DNA of 64,000 nt from a virus, in IMG/VR virus record IMGVR_UViG_3300037042_003896, positions 1 to 64,000 of that record; one strand, written 5' to 3'. This document shows, one piece after another, positions 37,101 through 48,900 of this stretch. Both the position numbers and the translations under genes were made by a program. A model generated the notes under the pieces. That model was not told the origin of the DNA. It saw only the letters and a list, made by a program, of their open reading frames with translations, and made no database searches. Numbering within the stretch: the stretch's first letter is position 1; every line of letters starts with the position of its first letter.

Positions 37101-39918
37101 CATTTTTCAGAAATGTTATACCAACATTAGCTAATGGTTCAAAACCCATTTTCATTCTTAACACCCTAATAGCTTTTGAGAGTTCTGTTAATTGCCCTTT
37201 CTTTATATCCTTTTCTAAAGGAGAAACAGGCATCTTTGCAAGCTTCTCATAATACATATCAAGAGATGTAACAAGAGCATCTATCTTCTCACTTCCTGTA
37301 GATTCTATATCTGTAGGGACAGGAAGTAGGTAAAGATGCGTTTCTTTCATGTTATCCAAATCACCTATTTCAATAGATGTAGCATACAACACCTTTTCTT
37401 TACTTTTGGTCTTCCTGTATTCATAATTCATTTGGAAAGGAATCATCCTGGCTTTCCTAATCTGTTTAGAGGTAACTCCATACTCTCTATCCATTTTAGA
37501 ATACTCACCCATTTGCGGTTTCCAATCCTTTTGTTTATACCAAGGAACATCTTCTTCATGCTCTTTATTAATATTCATGAATTTCCAATCAAGAGTATCA
37601 ATCCTAAAATCTTTTCCATCAGGTGTGGGTTCTATTGCTTTAAAATCCACTGTAGAAGCTAATAGTCCTTTTTCTTTTTCATTTATCACCTTTAATTCAA
37701 CAAGAAATCTTGTTCCCTTTGGATAACTTCTTATTAATTCTCTGTTAAATGCTTTGAGTTTATCCGTTATTTCTTCATCCAAAGGACTATTAATCTTTTC
37801 ATCCAAGAACACTTCCCTTGCATATCCATCCTTATCAATAAGATTAACAGCTATATCATTCTCAATAAAAGCATGTCCTGCTAATCCCCAATCTCTTTTT
37901 TGATTATCATCTAATAATTGAGCGGGAGTTCTCTCAGGCATTTTATTACTTGCCTTAGTTTTTTCTGTTACACTTCTTGCTACTTCTTTACCATCAAAAG
38001 TATAATGTCTTTTTTTAATCACCTTACCTGAACTATCTGTTTCTTCAAGAAAAGGACCACCTATTCTCGCTTCCTTCTCCCTATAGATATTATACATCCT
38101 ATCTACAGCTTCATTCTTTTCTATTTGGTAATATATTCCTTCTTCTTGTTGCTCCTTTGGAGCAGTTGGTTGAAATGATGTTCTATTTTTCCATATATAC
38201 CCACCACTTTCTGATTGATTATATCCTTTATCTTTTGAATTTATAATAGGCAGTTGTAATTTATCAGCAATAGCCTGATAAATATATTTAGTTAACCCTT
38301 TACCTTGATATTCTTTAGGGAGTCTTATGTTTCCTACTATAATTTCATCATTATTAATGACAATATTCATTTCTCCTAATCCAGGAGTACCATCTTGACT
38401 TGTTATTTCTTTTCCTTTATAAGAAATAATAATATTTTGTACTAACCCAAACTCTCTTTGAATATTTCTTCCAAGTGAAATTGTTATTCCATTATATTTA
38501 TTAATATTACCTTCCATTACTCTTTCAGCAGCAACATTAAATATGTCAATGTTTGTTTTCCTATATTGTCCTCTAAACCAATCAAGAATATTCTCCCACC
38601 ATTGTTTAACAAGGTTTCTGTTTTGTTCTTCCATTAACTCAGGAAATTCTGTTGTATTTTCATTGTTATTAATAATTAATTCAGCAATGAGTTTATCCAC
38701 TGCTTCTTTTTTTATCTTTCTTATATCAGGTTTACCATCTATTGTTTTATATTTTCCTTTATACGCCTCATACACTTGTTTGTAAATAGCAAATCTTTCA
38801 ATTTTACTAATCATTTCTGTCACAAATTTAGGAGATATTTGTTCCAAAATACTTGTAGCAATATGAACCATTTCCTCTGTTAAGGTTGTATTCTCTCTTC
38901 CTTCTGATAGAGCAATTATTCCTTTAACAATATCAGCCAAACCATTAATTCCCTTTGTATTAACATTAGGATTATTTTTTACATATTCAGAAAGTGCTTG
39001 AATACTAATACCCATTTTAGCACAGGCTTCTTTCACCTTTGCTATTGTATCAGGAGAGGCTATAGAAGCAGGAACATCCTCTGCTTGATTATAAATGTTA
39101 TTATCTTCTTGAGAGTATGTTCCTTGATTAAATACAGATTTTATTTGATTAGGGGAAAATACAACATAACTTGTACTACCAGGGTCTTCTGAAAAATTAA
39201 TATAAGAATACCCATAATTAGCAATTCCTTTTTTACTTAATAGTTCTTTTACATAACTATTAAAAATTTCTTGAGCATAATCTAAATAGTATTCTAATCT
39301 ATTTATTTGTGTTGCAGCATTATAAACAGCAAGACTACTCTTTACTTGTTGAATTACTGGAATTTTTAACCATTCACTACTAGGTAAAGTTTCATTTGCT
39401 TTTCTTATTTCTGCAGTAATTCTATTATACTCATCATCTATTGAATCTACTCCATATATTTCCTTTTCAGTTACTCTTTTATTTTTAACTAAATCATCTG
39501 CTATTTTACCAGCAAAATGCATGTTATCTGTATTAATATCTGTATTACGAGTATTTAAAAACACAGGATGAACATTTGATGAACCTCTTTGTGTTGCTGC
39601 AGCTTTTGTTCCAAAATGAAAAACAGGTTCTCTTCTAATTTCAAATGTAGTAATAGGACTATCACTACCATGATAAACTAATAAAGGTTCTCCATTTTCA
39701 TCTACCACTTTACTTGCATCTGAAGGAGAATTTTCCCAATCACCAAACCATTCTTTAAAAGAAGGAGTGTACACTTGTGCCCAAAATTTTAGTGCCTCCT
39801 CTTTATTTGGCTGAAGAGCAAGAATACTATTATAGAGAAAACTTTCTTTTCCATTAGGAGCATTTACTCTTTCTATTTCTTGTGTTTCTTTATTCCTGAT
39901 GATAGAACAATGTGCCAT
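34108..39918 (-). CDS. Large virion/ejected polyvalent protein (ART-like, GNAT, PD-(D/E)XK domains)
   Basis: FKEWFGDW..VDENGEPLLVYHGS..YVVFSPNQIKS; YQGKGL; TVDF..TLDWK..Q..EY. Confidence 0.75.
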   Translation of the reverse strand: MAHCSIIRNKETQEIERVNAPNGKESFLYNSILALQPNKEEALKFWAQVYTPSFKEWFGDWENSPSDASKVVDENGEPLLVYHGSDSPITTFEIRREPVFHFGTKAAATQRGSSNVHPVFLNTRNTDINTDNMHFAGKIADDLVKNKRVTEKEIYGVDSIDDEYNRITAEIRKANETLPSSEWLKIPVIQQVKSSLAVYNAATQINRLEYYLDYAQEIFNSYVKELLSKKGIANYGYSYINFSEDPGSTSYVVFSPNQIKSVFNQGTYSQEDNNIYNQAEDVPASIASPDTIAKVKEACAKMGISIQALSEYVKNNPNVNTKGINGLADIVKGIIALSEGRENTTLTEEMVHIATSILEQISPKFVTEMISKIERFAIYKQVYEAYKGKYKTIDGKPDIRKIKKEAVDKLIAELIINNNENTTEFPELMEEQNRNLVKQWWENILDWFRGQYRKTNIDIFNVAAERVMEGNINKYNGITISLGRNIQREFGLVQNIIISYKGKEITSQDGTPGLGEMNIVINNDEIIVGNIRLPKEYQGKGLTKYIYQAIADKLQLPIINSKDKGYNQSESGGYIWKNRTSFQPTAPKEQQEEGIYYQIEKNEAVDRMYNIYREKEARIGGPFLEETDSSGKVIKKRHYTFDGKEVARSVTEKTKASNKMPERTPAQLLDDNQKRDWGLAGHAFIENDIAVNLIDKDGYAREVFLDEKINSPLDEEITDKLKAFNRELIRSYPKGTRFLVELKVINEKEKGLLASTVDFKAIEPTPDGKDFRIDTLDWKFMNINKEHEEDVPWYKQKDWKPQMGEYSKMDREYGVTSKQIRKARMIPFQMNYEYRKTKSKEKVLYATSIEIGDLDNMKETHLYLLPVPTDIESTGSEKIDALVTSLDMYYEKLAKMPVSPLEKDIKKGQLTELSKAIRVLRMKMGFEPLANVGITFLKNAKKVLDTLSNVDYSTMSQKDINKKLAELLEFKKSAEKFASLDKVFLSYYPKNTLDEKGREILTTLRSIAGATDVMLEDIVDLQKEYAVQFALIEGITNEENKLNILEPEKEIGGFYRMLSEASLLSSKIINIATNYILNKRGETNILVEKETKRFGTLLLALENVARAKGKSAFNLIAKIKDNEFLLHEKVDKEFLNELSKAQQEKNKAFLLENLNLEAYKKLAQEVITKQNEIIEDTHYSSDDRDNEERKTYEKEKIKNALSIESKAFNGYTNGTFNRIYRLTMKADEHLSESYKEMAKDKAILDMWEFLTELNQKAIEMGYLSYGKSSFFALIEATMIQKLRASDNMLEEASDMFKDLYSVRINEEHSYSKLDKETGQIKRVIPKLFTRTDKAVNQLSQDLTMVGPLWIKSLYEYQASVDMELPLLTLLEVERNKDHIIVEKGNIVSDESGKPRIGRGNTNAEILATQIDDVVYGLKEDTSSLGNVVISQGANAVSANEEVAETRAVNIRKGIENMNALTQSLAVGLRWMVMIPNYFGNQFQSFINNGKLYTYKEFLANHGKMITGINLTTIQKGLIDLIVPLNGDPYMEARRKIAWKQGFGKWLGTWTMQEAMMSTNYLPERNLQFTNALSFIDNAMVVDGKIVNIRQHLSRQDESRYKKDENGKFIMSQEERKAYEKTFNERVKALKDSSSLDKIATIENDEVIIPGVSNKELAKFRTQIVEWGRNLNGQMSQENKAGYRRDILLKSFAMFRNWIIRQSAIRGHDITYNTEINDWEYGRTRAFMKAWIQACNWNIMKMQAIMNGTDEGLAIMDEMLTRKKEEYYKKNGKVLEITNEQFYDMMRIALSNEMKELGTLLGLMTVVIGAKLAAPPPDEDILTRNKYKYFLKLMNKITDEVRFYYSPVSFLSMTRGSFLPALGLIGKAQKAITALGTETIGYVTDNEKLMKDTHTAKYFLDIIPVASQFQRDWLPLIDPEFAKEMGIVVTAQPRIQQ

Positions 39919-42900
39919 TAGTTACATTTTTTAGATTCTACAGTTTTTTTAGCAATTACATTCTCTATTTCATTTGTATTCCAATCATATTTATTAATTA
40001 GATAGTCTATTGCTGTTGCATGAGAGGGTTGATTTTCCTTATTAGCTTGTGTATTACCATAATAAATAGGTTTTCCTTTAAATTCTCCTGACATTGCTTT
40101 TGCTCTCATCCAGACAGCTTGTGGCTCATTACTATTTAAGAAGAAATCAATAAAATCAATTACATTTTCTTTAGTAGTTTTACCACTTGTATGAAAAGGA
40201 TTTTCAAAAGATACTGGCATTTTAGTAGATTTATATGCTACTATAGCCTTTCCCCTCTTTTGTTCATCAGAATAAAGATAAGGTTTATCAACTATTTTAA
40301 CATTTTCTGAAACTGTTTTATTCCCTAATTTAGAATATACTTCTTCTGCTACTCCCATACCTATTTGTTTTGGTTTATTTACTGAATTAGAATTTGATAA
40401 CACCTTATCCAACTCTTGTCTCCAATTAGGATTAGCCATATTAATTGTAGGAATATTTTTTCTTCTTGCCATTTCTACAGCTTGTCCTGTACCTCCTTCT
40501 GGTCTTATACCTTTTGTTTCCTTAGCATAGAACAATACAAAATCTACAGGAGCATTTAAATTATCACCAAATACCTGATTAGTATTTCTTGCCATAAGTT
40601 TTAACCCTCCCCCTTTTAAATATTCAGGAGCAGGATGTATTTCTTTAGCTATAGCTTGTTCTTTTGCTCTTGATCCTTGTTTTTCAGGAGAAAATAAGTT
40701 TTTCTTTTTTGTTCCATCATCAAATGCTTTATCAGCTCCTTCTTTTTTACCATAAAAAGTTACACCTGTATTCAATGTATACCCTTTACTTTCTAACTCG
40801 GTAGCTATCTCAGTCATTTGTGATAATACATTTTCAGGAGTTTGTCTGCTTCCTACTCCTGCATATGTCATAGTAGGCGTGTTGGATTTAGATGGTAATG
40901 CATTAAATAAAGGCATTCCTTCATATTGTGGATTTTCCATATTAGTTTTATTTTCATATAAAGGTAAGGATTTATTTGGATTTTTCCTATCATTCTTAGC
41001 AGCATAATCAAGAAACAAATCTATTATATCATGATTATCATGAGGATTGCTTTCCACCTTTATAAATCCATTATCAATAACAGATTGTCTATCCTCTGTA
41101 TAGAATTCGTTTGCTTTGTTTCCATTACCCCAAGCATTTGTTGCTTTGTATACAAAATATTCTGTACCCTTGTAATCCCTATGTATTAAAGCTGTACCAA
41201 AATCATCATACACTTTTTGAAATAGTCCTTTTTGTATATAAGAAAAGTCTCCTATTTTACGCATATAGGCTTTTTTCTTTGCTATAGTGGAAAGTCCTTG
41301 CTTCTTATCTTTATTTGAAATAGAAATATCTTCCCAAGAATAAACAATAAAATCTGATTTAGCTTCTTTTGTTAATGTGGATTGTGTAAGCATTTGTGGA
41401 ATATTTCCTGCTGTTGTAGCTTTCTTTACATTATCAGGAAGGAAAGCCATAGAAGGATTATATTTACCACCCTCTGTTTTGTATTTAATATATTTTGCTT
41501 TAACGTGTGGAACAACATCATCATTGTTCCAATTGTTTCTTTGAAATACACCTAATTCATAAAACTGTTCCAGATTAGGAATCTTTTCTAAAGAAGAAAG
41601 TGTTTCATTATATATCTCTTCAAAATCTTCAAAAGGAATTACAGATGTAAATGATAACGTAGATTTAGAAAGTCCTGACTGTAATACAGCAAGTCTAATA
41701 AGTCTGTCATAAAGTTTACTATCCTGGCTTTTTAAATAATCCCTAATCTCTCTGAATGCAAAGATAAGATTATTTTGGTCATATACCTTATTCTGTAAAC
41801 TTTTCACCTTAACATTTGTCACAGAAGCATTTCCTGCTTTATCTGAAGGAACAATTTGCATAAGATTAATAACAACATTATTATGTAAAGAATGCCCTTT
41901 ATGATCTTTTACATGCTGTATAAATGTTCCCACCTCTTTTGCTGCTCCTCCATTCTTAATAAGGAGGTCTGTTATTTCTTCATTTAAAGCTGTATCTGTT
42001 TGAAGAGCATAATCAAATAAATCATTAACAGCTTTCTGAGCAAGTTTAACAAAATCATTATCATTCATTTGTATATAAGGGGTAATAACCTTTTCAATAA
42101 TTCCTCTTACCCTTGGTTGATCTGATTTTAATATTTCTGCTAATGCATCTCTTAATGATTCTATTCTTGTTTTTAATGCCCCAATAAATGAATTATCTAA
42201 CAAGCCATCTACACCACTTATTATATTTCCATCTTTATCAACACTGCTTATAATAGTGCTCTGTGCTTTTTCAAGTTGTTTGAATTTTTTGAACACTAAA
42301 TAAGGATCATTAAATGTAGCTGTATCAAAGTTACTGCCCTGTGTAACCAAGAACATATGTTCAGCCATCTTAGCATATTTCAAAAACTCATCTAATATAA
42401 GCCTTTGATTAACTAATTCACTACTGTTCATATTAGCAACCTTCTTACCTACTAAATTCTTCAATGCACTCTTAGAAGGAATAGTAAATCCTTCTTTAGG
42501 AATTGTAATAGAAGAAGCATATTCACCTTTTACAGCTTTCACATATTTATCAATGAACAACCATGAATATCCTTCACTTTCAATTGTTCTTAAATAATCC
42601 TGAATAATAGGTTGATTCATAAAGTATGCAACAGTATCTACAGGAACTCCAAGTTTAATAAGAAACAGATATGTGGAAGCAACATTAGGTGTAGCTCCAA
42701 GTTCCATAATCCAAGGTCCTTTTGATATATCAACATATCCATCAATAAACTGCCCTATAATATCAGATATATCCTGCCCATCGGCATTTTCTATCATAGA
42801 CAATGTAGGAACAACTCTACCATCAACTGTAATTTTATTGTATTTATCAAATTTAATTTCAGCATCCCCTAACCAATGTCCATCCTCTTTTACTAATGTA

Positions 42901-45900
42901 AGTTTGTTCTTATCAATAAAAATAGGTTGTCTTTGATTTAAGGAATGATTAGTTTGATTAACAGCAGCAATACCAATAGCATATTTACCTGTTACAAAAG
43001 CATGTCTAAGTCTTGTCATAAAACCCATATCAAGCATATTATTGATATTGGTGTAATCAAACTTATGCCCAATAACTTTAATGGTAATTTCTTCAGCAAG
43101 GTCTTTTAATTGTGTTGCTGAGTTAGGTTGAATAAGCCTCTTATAATTCTTAGGATGAAGAACAAGAGTTTCACTACTTTCTATGTATGCATTTTCAAGT
43201 GCTTTCTTTGTATTCTGTTTATTAAGAGAAAATCCACCAAATTCAGATAGAGAAGGAAGTCCTTGTATTTCTGCCATTTCCTCTGCTGCCTGTACATTTA
43301 TTGATTCTTTTTCAGAATAATAGTCAGCTTTAACATTTGCTGATATCTGTTTTGATTGTTCTCCTATATCCTGTATAGTTTCATTCTTACCTTCTCTAAA
43401 CACTCTTAATGCTTCTTCCTTATATTCTTTAACATACTCTGAGGTTGCTCCTAACACTCTTAATTCTTCTTCATACAAAGAAACCATAGATAATAAATCT
43501 TGGGTGTCATTAGGATGTTCATTTCTCTCTAATTTACGAAGTGTAAGAGCTAGATAATTTTCTATTTCTTGGGGGCCATTAATATCATTTATTAACATTG
43601 AATCTTTAAGTTTCCAATAATCTGTCTTTGTTTCTTTTGGAAGAACTCTAAAAATTTTACCACCTGCTTTAAACAGTTCTAATATATAATTATTCTGCAT
43701 CTGAACATTCAGAACATAATCTACATCATTAAATAGTTCTGTATATTGAGAATACAATTCTTCTTTCTTTTCAGAAACAGCAGTTTTATAATTATTATTT
43801 ATTTCATCTAATGTATTTTTAAAAGCATCTCTTAGTTCCTTTACTGCTCCTTTGGATAGGAAATTTTTATATTTCTTAACATCCTTCTCTACATTCTCTT
43901 TTACCCAATTATAATACCTTTTACCTACAGTAGAGTTTGTATCTGTTAGATAGTTAACTAATTCTAATCCATTCTTACCCTTGATAACATTCTTTAAATA
44001 CATAAAGAGTTTATCAATGTCAAAGTCAGCTCCTGTTTTCTCTACAAGAGCAGCAGGAACAACAACACTATCACCAAATTCCTTTGGAAGGAATTGTTTA
44101 ATAACAAATGCTTCAATGGAATTCTGCTTCTGTGTAGGAATTCTATATGCCAATCCTGAAAGAATTTTCTGCCCTTCAGGTGTATTATTTAAATAGTTTA
44201 AGAGCTCTTCATCTGAAAGGGGGCTATCAAACCATCTTCCTATCATTATCTCACATGTATTAGTTTTATTCTCTCCTTCTGAATAGAATCTTAATACATC
44301 TGATGTATATCCTTTTTTACCTTTTATCTTAGTTAAACCAAATCTCTTTTCTTCAAAGAATAAAGAAGGAATTTGCACCTTAGAACCTCCTGGCATTTTC
44401 TGTGAAATCACTTCCCTATCTGCAATAGAATAAAGAATATTCCTTATTTGCTGATAAGCAGGTGTAGCTTCCAATACTGATTTCCCTTCTAAGAAAGATG
44501 TCAGTGCTTTACTGATATTATCAGTTACCTCTCTTTTGAGAATTTCATCCCTAAGCATCTCTCCTGTTTTGGAAAGATCAACAATAGTGAATGTTCCATT
44601 CTCTTCTTTTATACCAAGAGTCTTTAGTAAGTTCTCATATCCCTTTTGTGTTAATTCTTCAAGAAGATTCTGATTGTTTATTATTTCTTTATACAAAGGA
44701 GAAGCTTCTTTCTTTGCATCTTCTGAAAGTGCATACCAAGTTTTATATCTTTTATTAAAATTCTTTTCACTCTCATTAAAATCAACAGGAACTCCTGCTT
44801 CCATATAATCCATTGTAATAAGTTTGGTAATCTGACTACCTCTTGTTACAGAATTATCATCATGAGAAGGAACCTCTGCCTGAATACTTAATATCTCAAA
44901 AGGTATCTTTACTATTCCTTTATATACTGTAGTAACAAAATTGCCATTAGCATCATATACAGGAGATAATTGTTCTGCTCCTACCTTTCTACCTGTTTCA
45001 AACACCATATAATCTATCTTCTCATTTTGCATTTTATTATAGAGAGTAATAGCATTTGAACTTTCTTTACTTCCAGCTTTATTTACACTCTTCATCATCC
45101 TATAAGAAAGAGGATAGAGAGCGTATTTATCCATTACTACATCATTGTAATTCCTCTTATTAGCTTTGTTACCCCTGGCAATAGGTTTTAATGGTGTATA
45201 AGCACTTTGTATCATTGGATTTCCTTTATCAAGAATATCATTCTCTTCTAAAGAAAATTCTAAACCTTTATCATTCTTCTCCCAAGCAACATCATACCTA
45301 TATTGAGCTTCCTCATTATCGTTCCATTCTCCTGCTCTTATCCTGAAATTCCTGTAAGCACCAAAAGTGATAATACCACTACCATTTGTTTCTTCATATT
45401 CCTTATAATCAGGAAGGTCTATTATACCAATAACATCAGCAAAGGTTCCTGTTGAGAAATAAGGTTTTGTAAAATCTGTATATCCAATATCCCCTTTGTT
45501 AAATCCTTTATTCCACACCTTATTATAAGCTGCATTCATTTTAGGATCATTTACCAAAGGTTGTGCAGGAGAATTAAATGGTTTTACACGCTTTAGTTCA
45601 TCCCAATATTGATAAGGATCTGAATAAATAATTTTATGCATTTCAATATTGGCAATTATGAAATTAATAGACAATGCTTTTAAATGTCCATTTAATTCAT
45701 TTTCTGTCATGTTTTCAGGAAGATTGATGTTTTCAGCAACCCATCCTGTTTCCTCTTGTTTAAGAATATTAAACCTTTCTAAAAGCCATTTTAAATTGTT
45801 AGTTTTCTTAGTGATGTATTTATCAAGAGCAGTGTTAATTCTGCTTTCATATTTAGTATACACATCTTCAATAGATTCTGTTTCAGCTATAATATCATTG

Positions 45901-48900
45901 TGTAATTTCTCCCCAAGGATTTCTTTGAAGAAACGTAATTCCTTTGCTAATTTTTTATCCCTATGTCTATCAAGAGGTCTTTTATCTCTTGCAAGTGCAA
46001 GTTCTGCTTTGAAATACTCACCAAATATTCTATTAACACCTACCATTCCTTTTGATAGATTTGATGTTGTAATAGGATTGCCCATATTAATCATCCATTC
46101 TGTTGTAGCATCGGCAGGAATAAGATTCAAAAACCAACCTTTAAGGTTTAAGTTTATTCCCTGTATAATTCTTTCAGGATAAGAGAGTTTAGAGGATTGT
46201 TTTTGTTTTCCTTTTACACTATTAATAATACCACTAACATAGCCCACTTTCAGGAGATTCTCACTACCTATATCTGTTCTTCTTTCTCCACTAGGCTTAA
46301 ACATTCTTTTTAACACATCAGAACCCTGTGCAAAAACATCTGTTAATAAATAAGCATATTGTGTTCCTTTAAGTTCATTAAGATTATCTATTTGTGAAAG
46401 CACATCATACAAATCACTAGGAGCATTAGTTCCTATGAAGGATTGTGTTCTATCTCCTGTTACATTGAAATATGTACTATCAAATTCAGGATGTGTAAGA
46501 GAAGCTTTCAATAAAGCTAATTCAAGAAGTCTGTTATTGATTTCTAACACCTTTCCTGAGAACATAGCAATTTCATCTGTATTAGCTATACTAGCTTTTA
46601 TGCCATCTACAGTTTCTTTAAACTGTTGGAATTTATTTAAATTCTTTGAAAAGCTGTTTATCTCTTTTAATGTAAATGATATTCCCAATTTAGAAAGAAA
46701 CATCACTCTCTTTTCATTTGTATTTAAATCAATATCCTTTACCTTAGCAGGAACACCTACATATTTCTTCTTAGCTTTATCATATTTATAAAATCCTTTT
46801 CCCTCTTTAGCGAAAAGAATAATAGAATGAATGTATTCACTTTTTAATTGTGCTGCTGCTGTTGAAAGATTTGCATCTCCTACAACCACTTCACCATTCT
46901 CAAGAATGAATACATTTTGTACAGAAGGATTCTGTTTCTTAAATGTTTTCCAAAAAGTGCTTATTAATTGTAATCCATGTGTTGTTTCTATTTTAGTGAA
47001 ATCAACCCCTTTATCCACCCAATCGGTCTTAGTAAGACGTTTGTATAGAGTGCGGTAATTGGGATTAACTACAGCCATATCACGCAGTCTGGAAAACATT
47101 TCTTCAAGTCCTCTTGATGTATGAACATTATTCATTATAGCAACATAGGTTTCACTCATAGGAATAAGTTTATACCCTCCTATAGATGATAATTCTGCTA
47201 CCTCTTCACTATTTTCATCAAGATATACCTTTGGCATTGTAGCCAATAATAGTTTTATAGCTGCATTAGTTTTCTTAAAATTATCAATTTTTGTTGCATC
47301 CTGATAATTATCCCTTCCTGTATTATTTTCATCAGTAAGCTGAAGGGTATCATTCTCATCAAATTCAATTGAATAGCCTCTTAAGAATTCTTCATGTTTT
47401 GCTACAATAGACTCCCACTGCTTATCTACAAGCTTCATTAGGTTGGTATACTTATCTATTGTAGGTTTTGCTTGTTTTAATGTTAATGTTTCATTTTCAA
47501 CAAGACCATAAGCAGCCACCACCTTATTTGCTATTGTCTCAAGGATTTCGTTTTTAAGTTTTGAATAAAGTTCTGTTTTATTTAATGTAGGAAGTGTAAA
47601 AAGTCCTTTATCTGTAGCCACTAAATCAACTAATGTTAGATAGGTCATTTCTTCCACTATCTCCATTTTTTCAATATCTGTTATGGCTACAACACTTAAT
47701 TCATCAGCTTCTGTAAAATAAGCATCTTCTATATCTATTATTCCTTTTGATGCATATGATAATGCTGTTTCTAAAGGAATATTGTTTTTATATCCTCCTG
47801 TGTTTATTTTATTAAATAACTCTTCTGTAAGGGAAGAGAAATTCTCTTTTCCAAACCAGCCTTTTACTAAATTAACAATATCAGAAAACAGCTTTAGAAT
47901 AAATGGTCTTCCATCAACAGGTTTCTGAGGAATCTTTTTGTTAACCCTGTAGTCTCTAAATTCTTCTGCAAGTTGTTCTTTAATTTGACTTGGTGTTGCT
48001 TCAGAGTATTTAATAGTCTTTCCTGTAGGTCTATCAGTGAATGTACCTTTTCTACTTTTAAATTCATTTTCAATACTTGCTCTTTCTTCAGGAGAAGATA
48101 TTAACTTCCAAACAGCTTCAAATACTTCATGATATACTGTTCCTACTTCTGCTTGCTCATAAATATATAATGCCCCATTCTTAAGCATTCCCCAGGCTTT
48201 TCTGTCTCCACCTATTTCACTGATAATATTTTTTACTCTATACAGAGGAAGATTAGGAAAATTAGTTTTAATCCATTCTTCAATTTCTGCCCAATTTTCA
48301 ATTTTAATATCTTTAATTTCCTTTTCTAACATTTCTCTTAGAATAGGTTTTTGCTTATTCTTATTCTTTAAAGCATTATTAATTGCTTCATTTACAGCAT
48401 CACTATTTTCTTCATCATCTGGTATTTCAAATGCCTCTTCATCTATTTTCTTCTCTACATTAACAATAGCAGTTTCTTCAGCTTCTTCATCTTCCTCACC
48501 TATAACAAACACTTCTTCACTTTCCATATTAGATGCTTTTCCTAATTGAGGAACAATAGCATCATATATAGTGCGTTTAATAAGTTTCTGTGCTTCTTCT
48601 GTTACTTGTTTTGGTGTAAATTTAGGATTTGCTTCCTTCACCCTATCAGAAACATTTGCAAAAATAGTTTCAAGATCTGCTCCCTGTAATACAGAAATAA
48701 CCTTCATGAAATTACTTTCATTTATATTAGCAGGAGCTCCAAACAATATAGACAATCCTGTTTTAGGAGATGTGTATGTATTGGTAGTTTTACCATCTAA
48801 TATAAACTTTCCACCTGTGAGTTTTACTGTAGCTTTAGTGTTGTATTTTGATGGAATTAAATCAGCAGCTTCTATAAATTCTTTTGCTGAAAATGATGTA

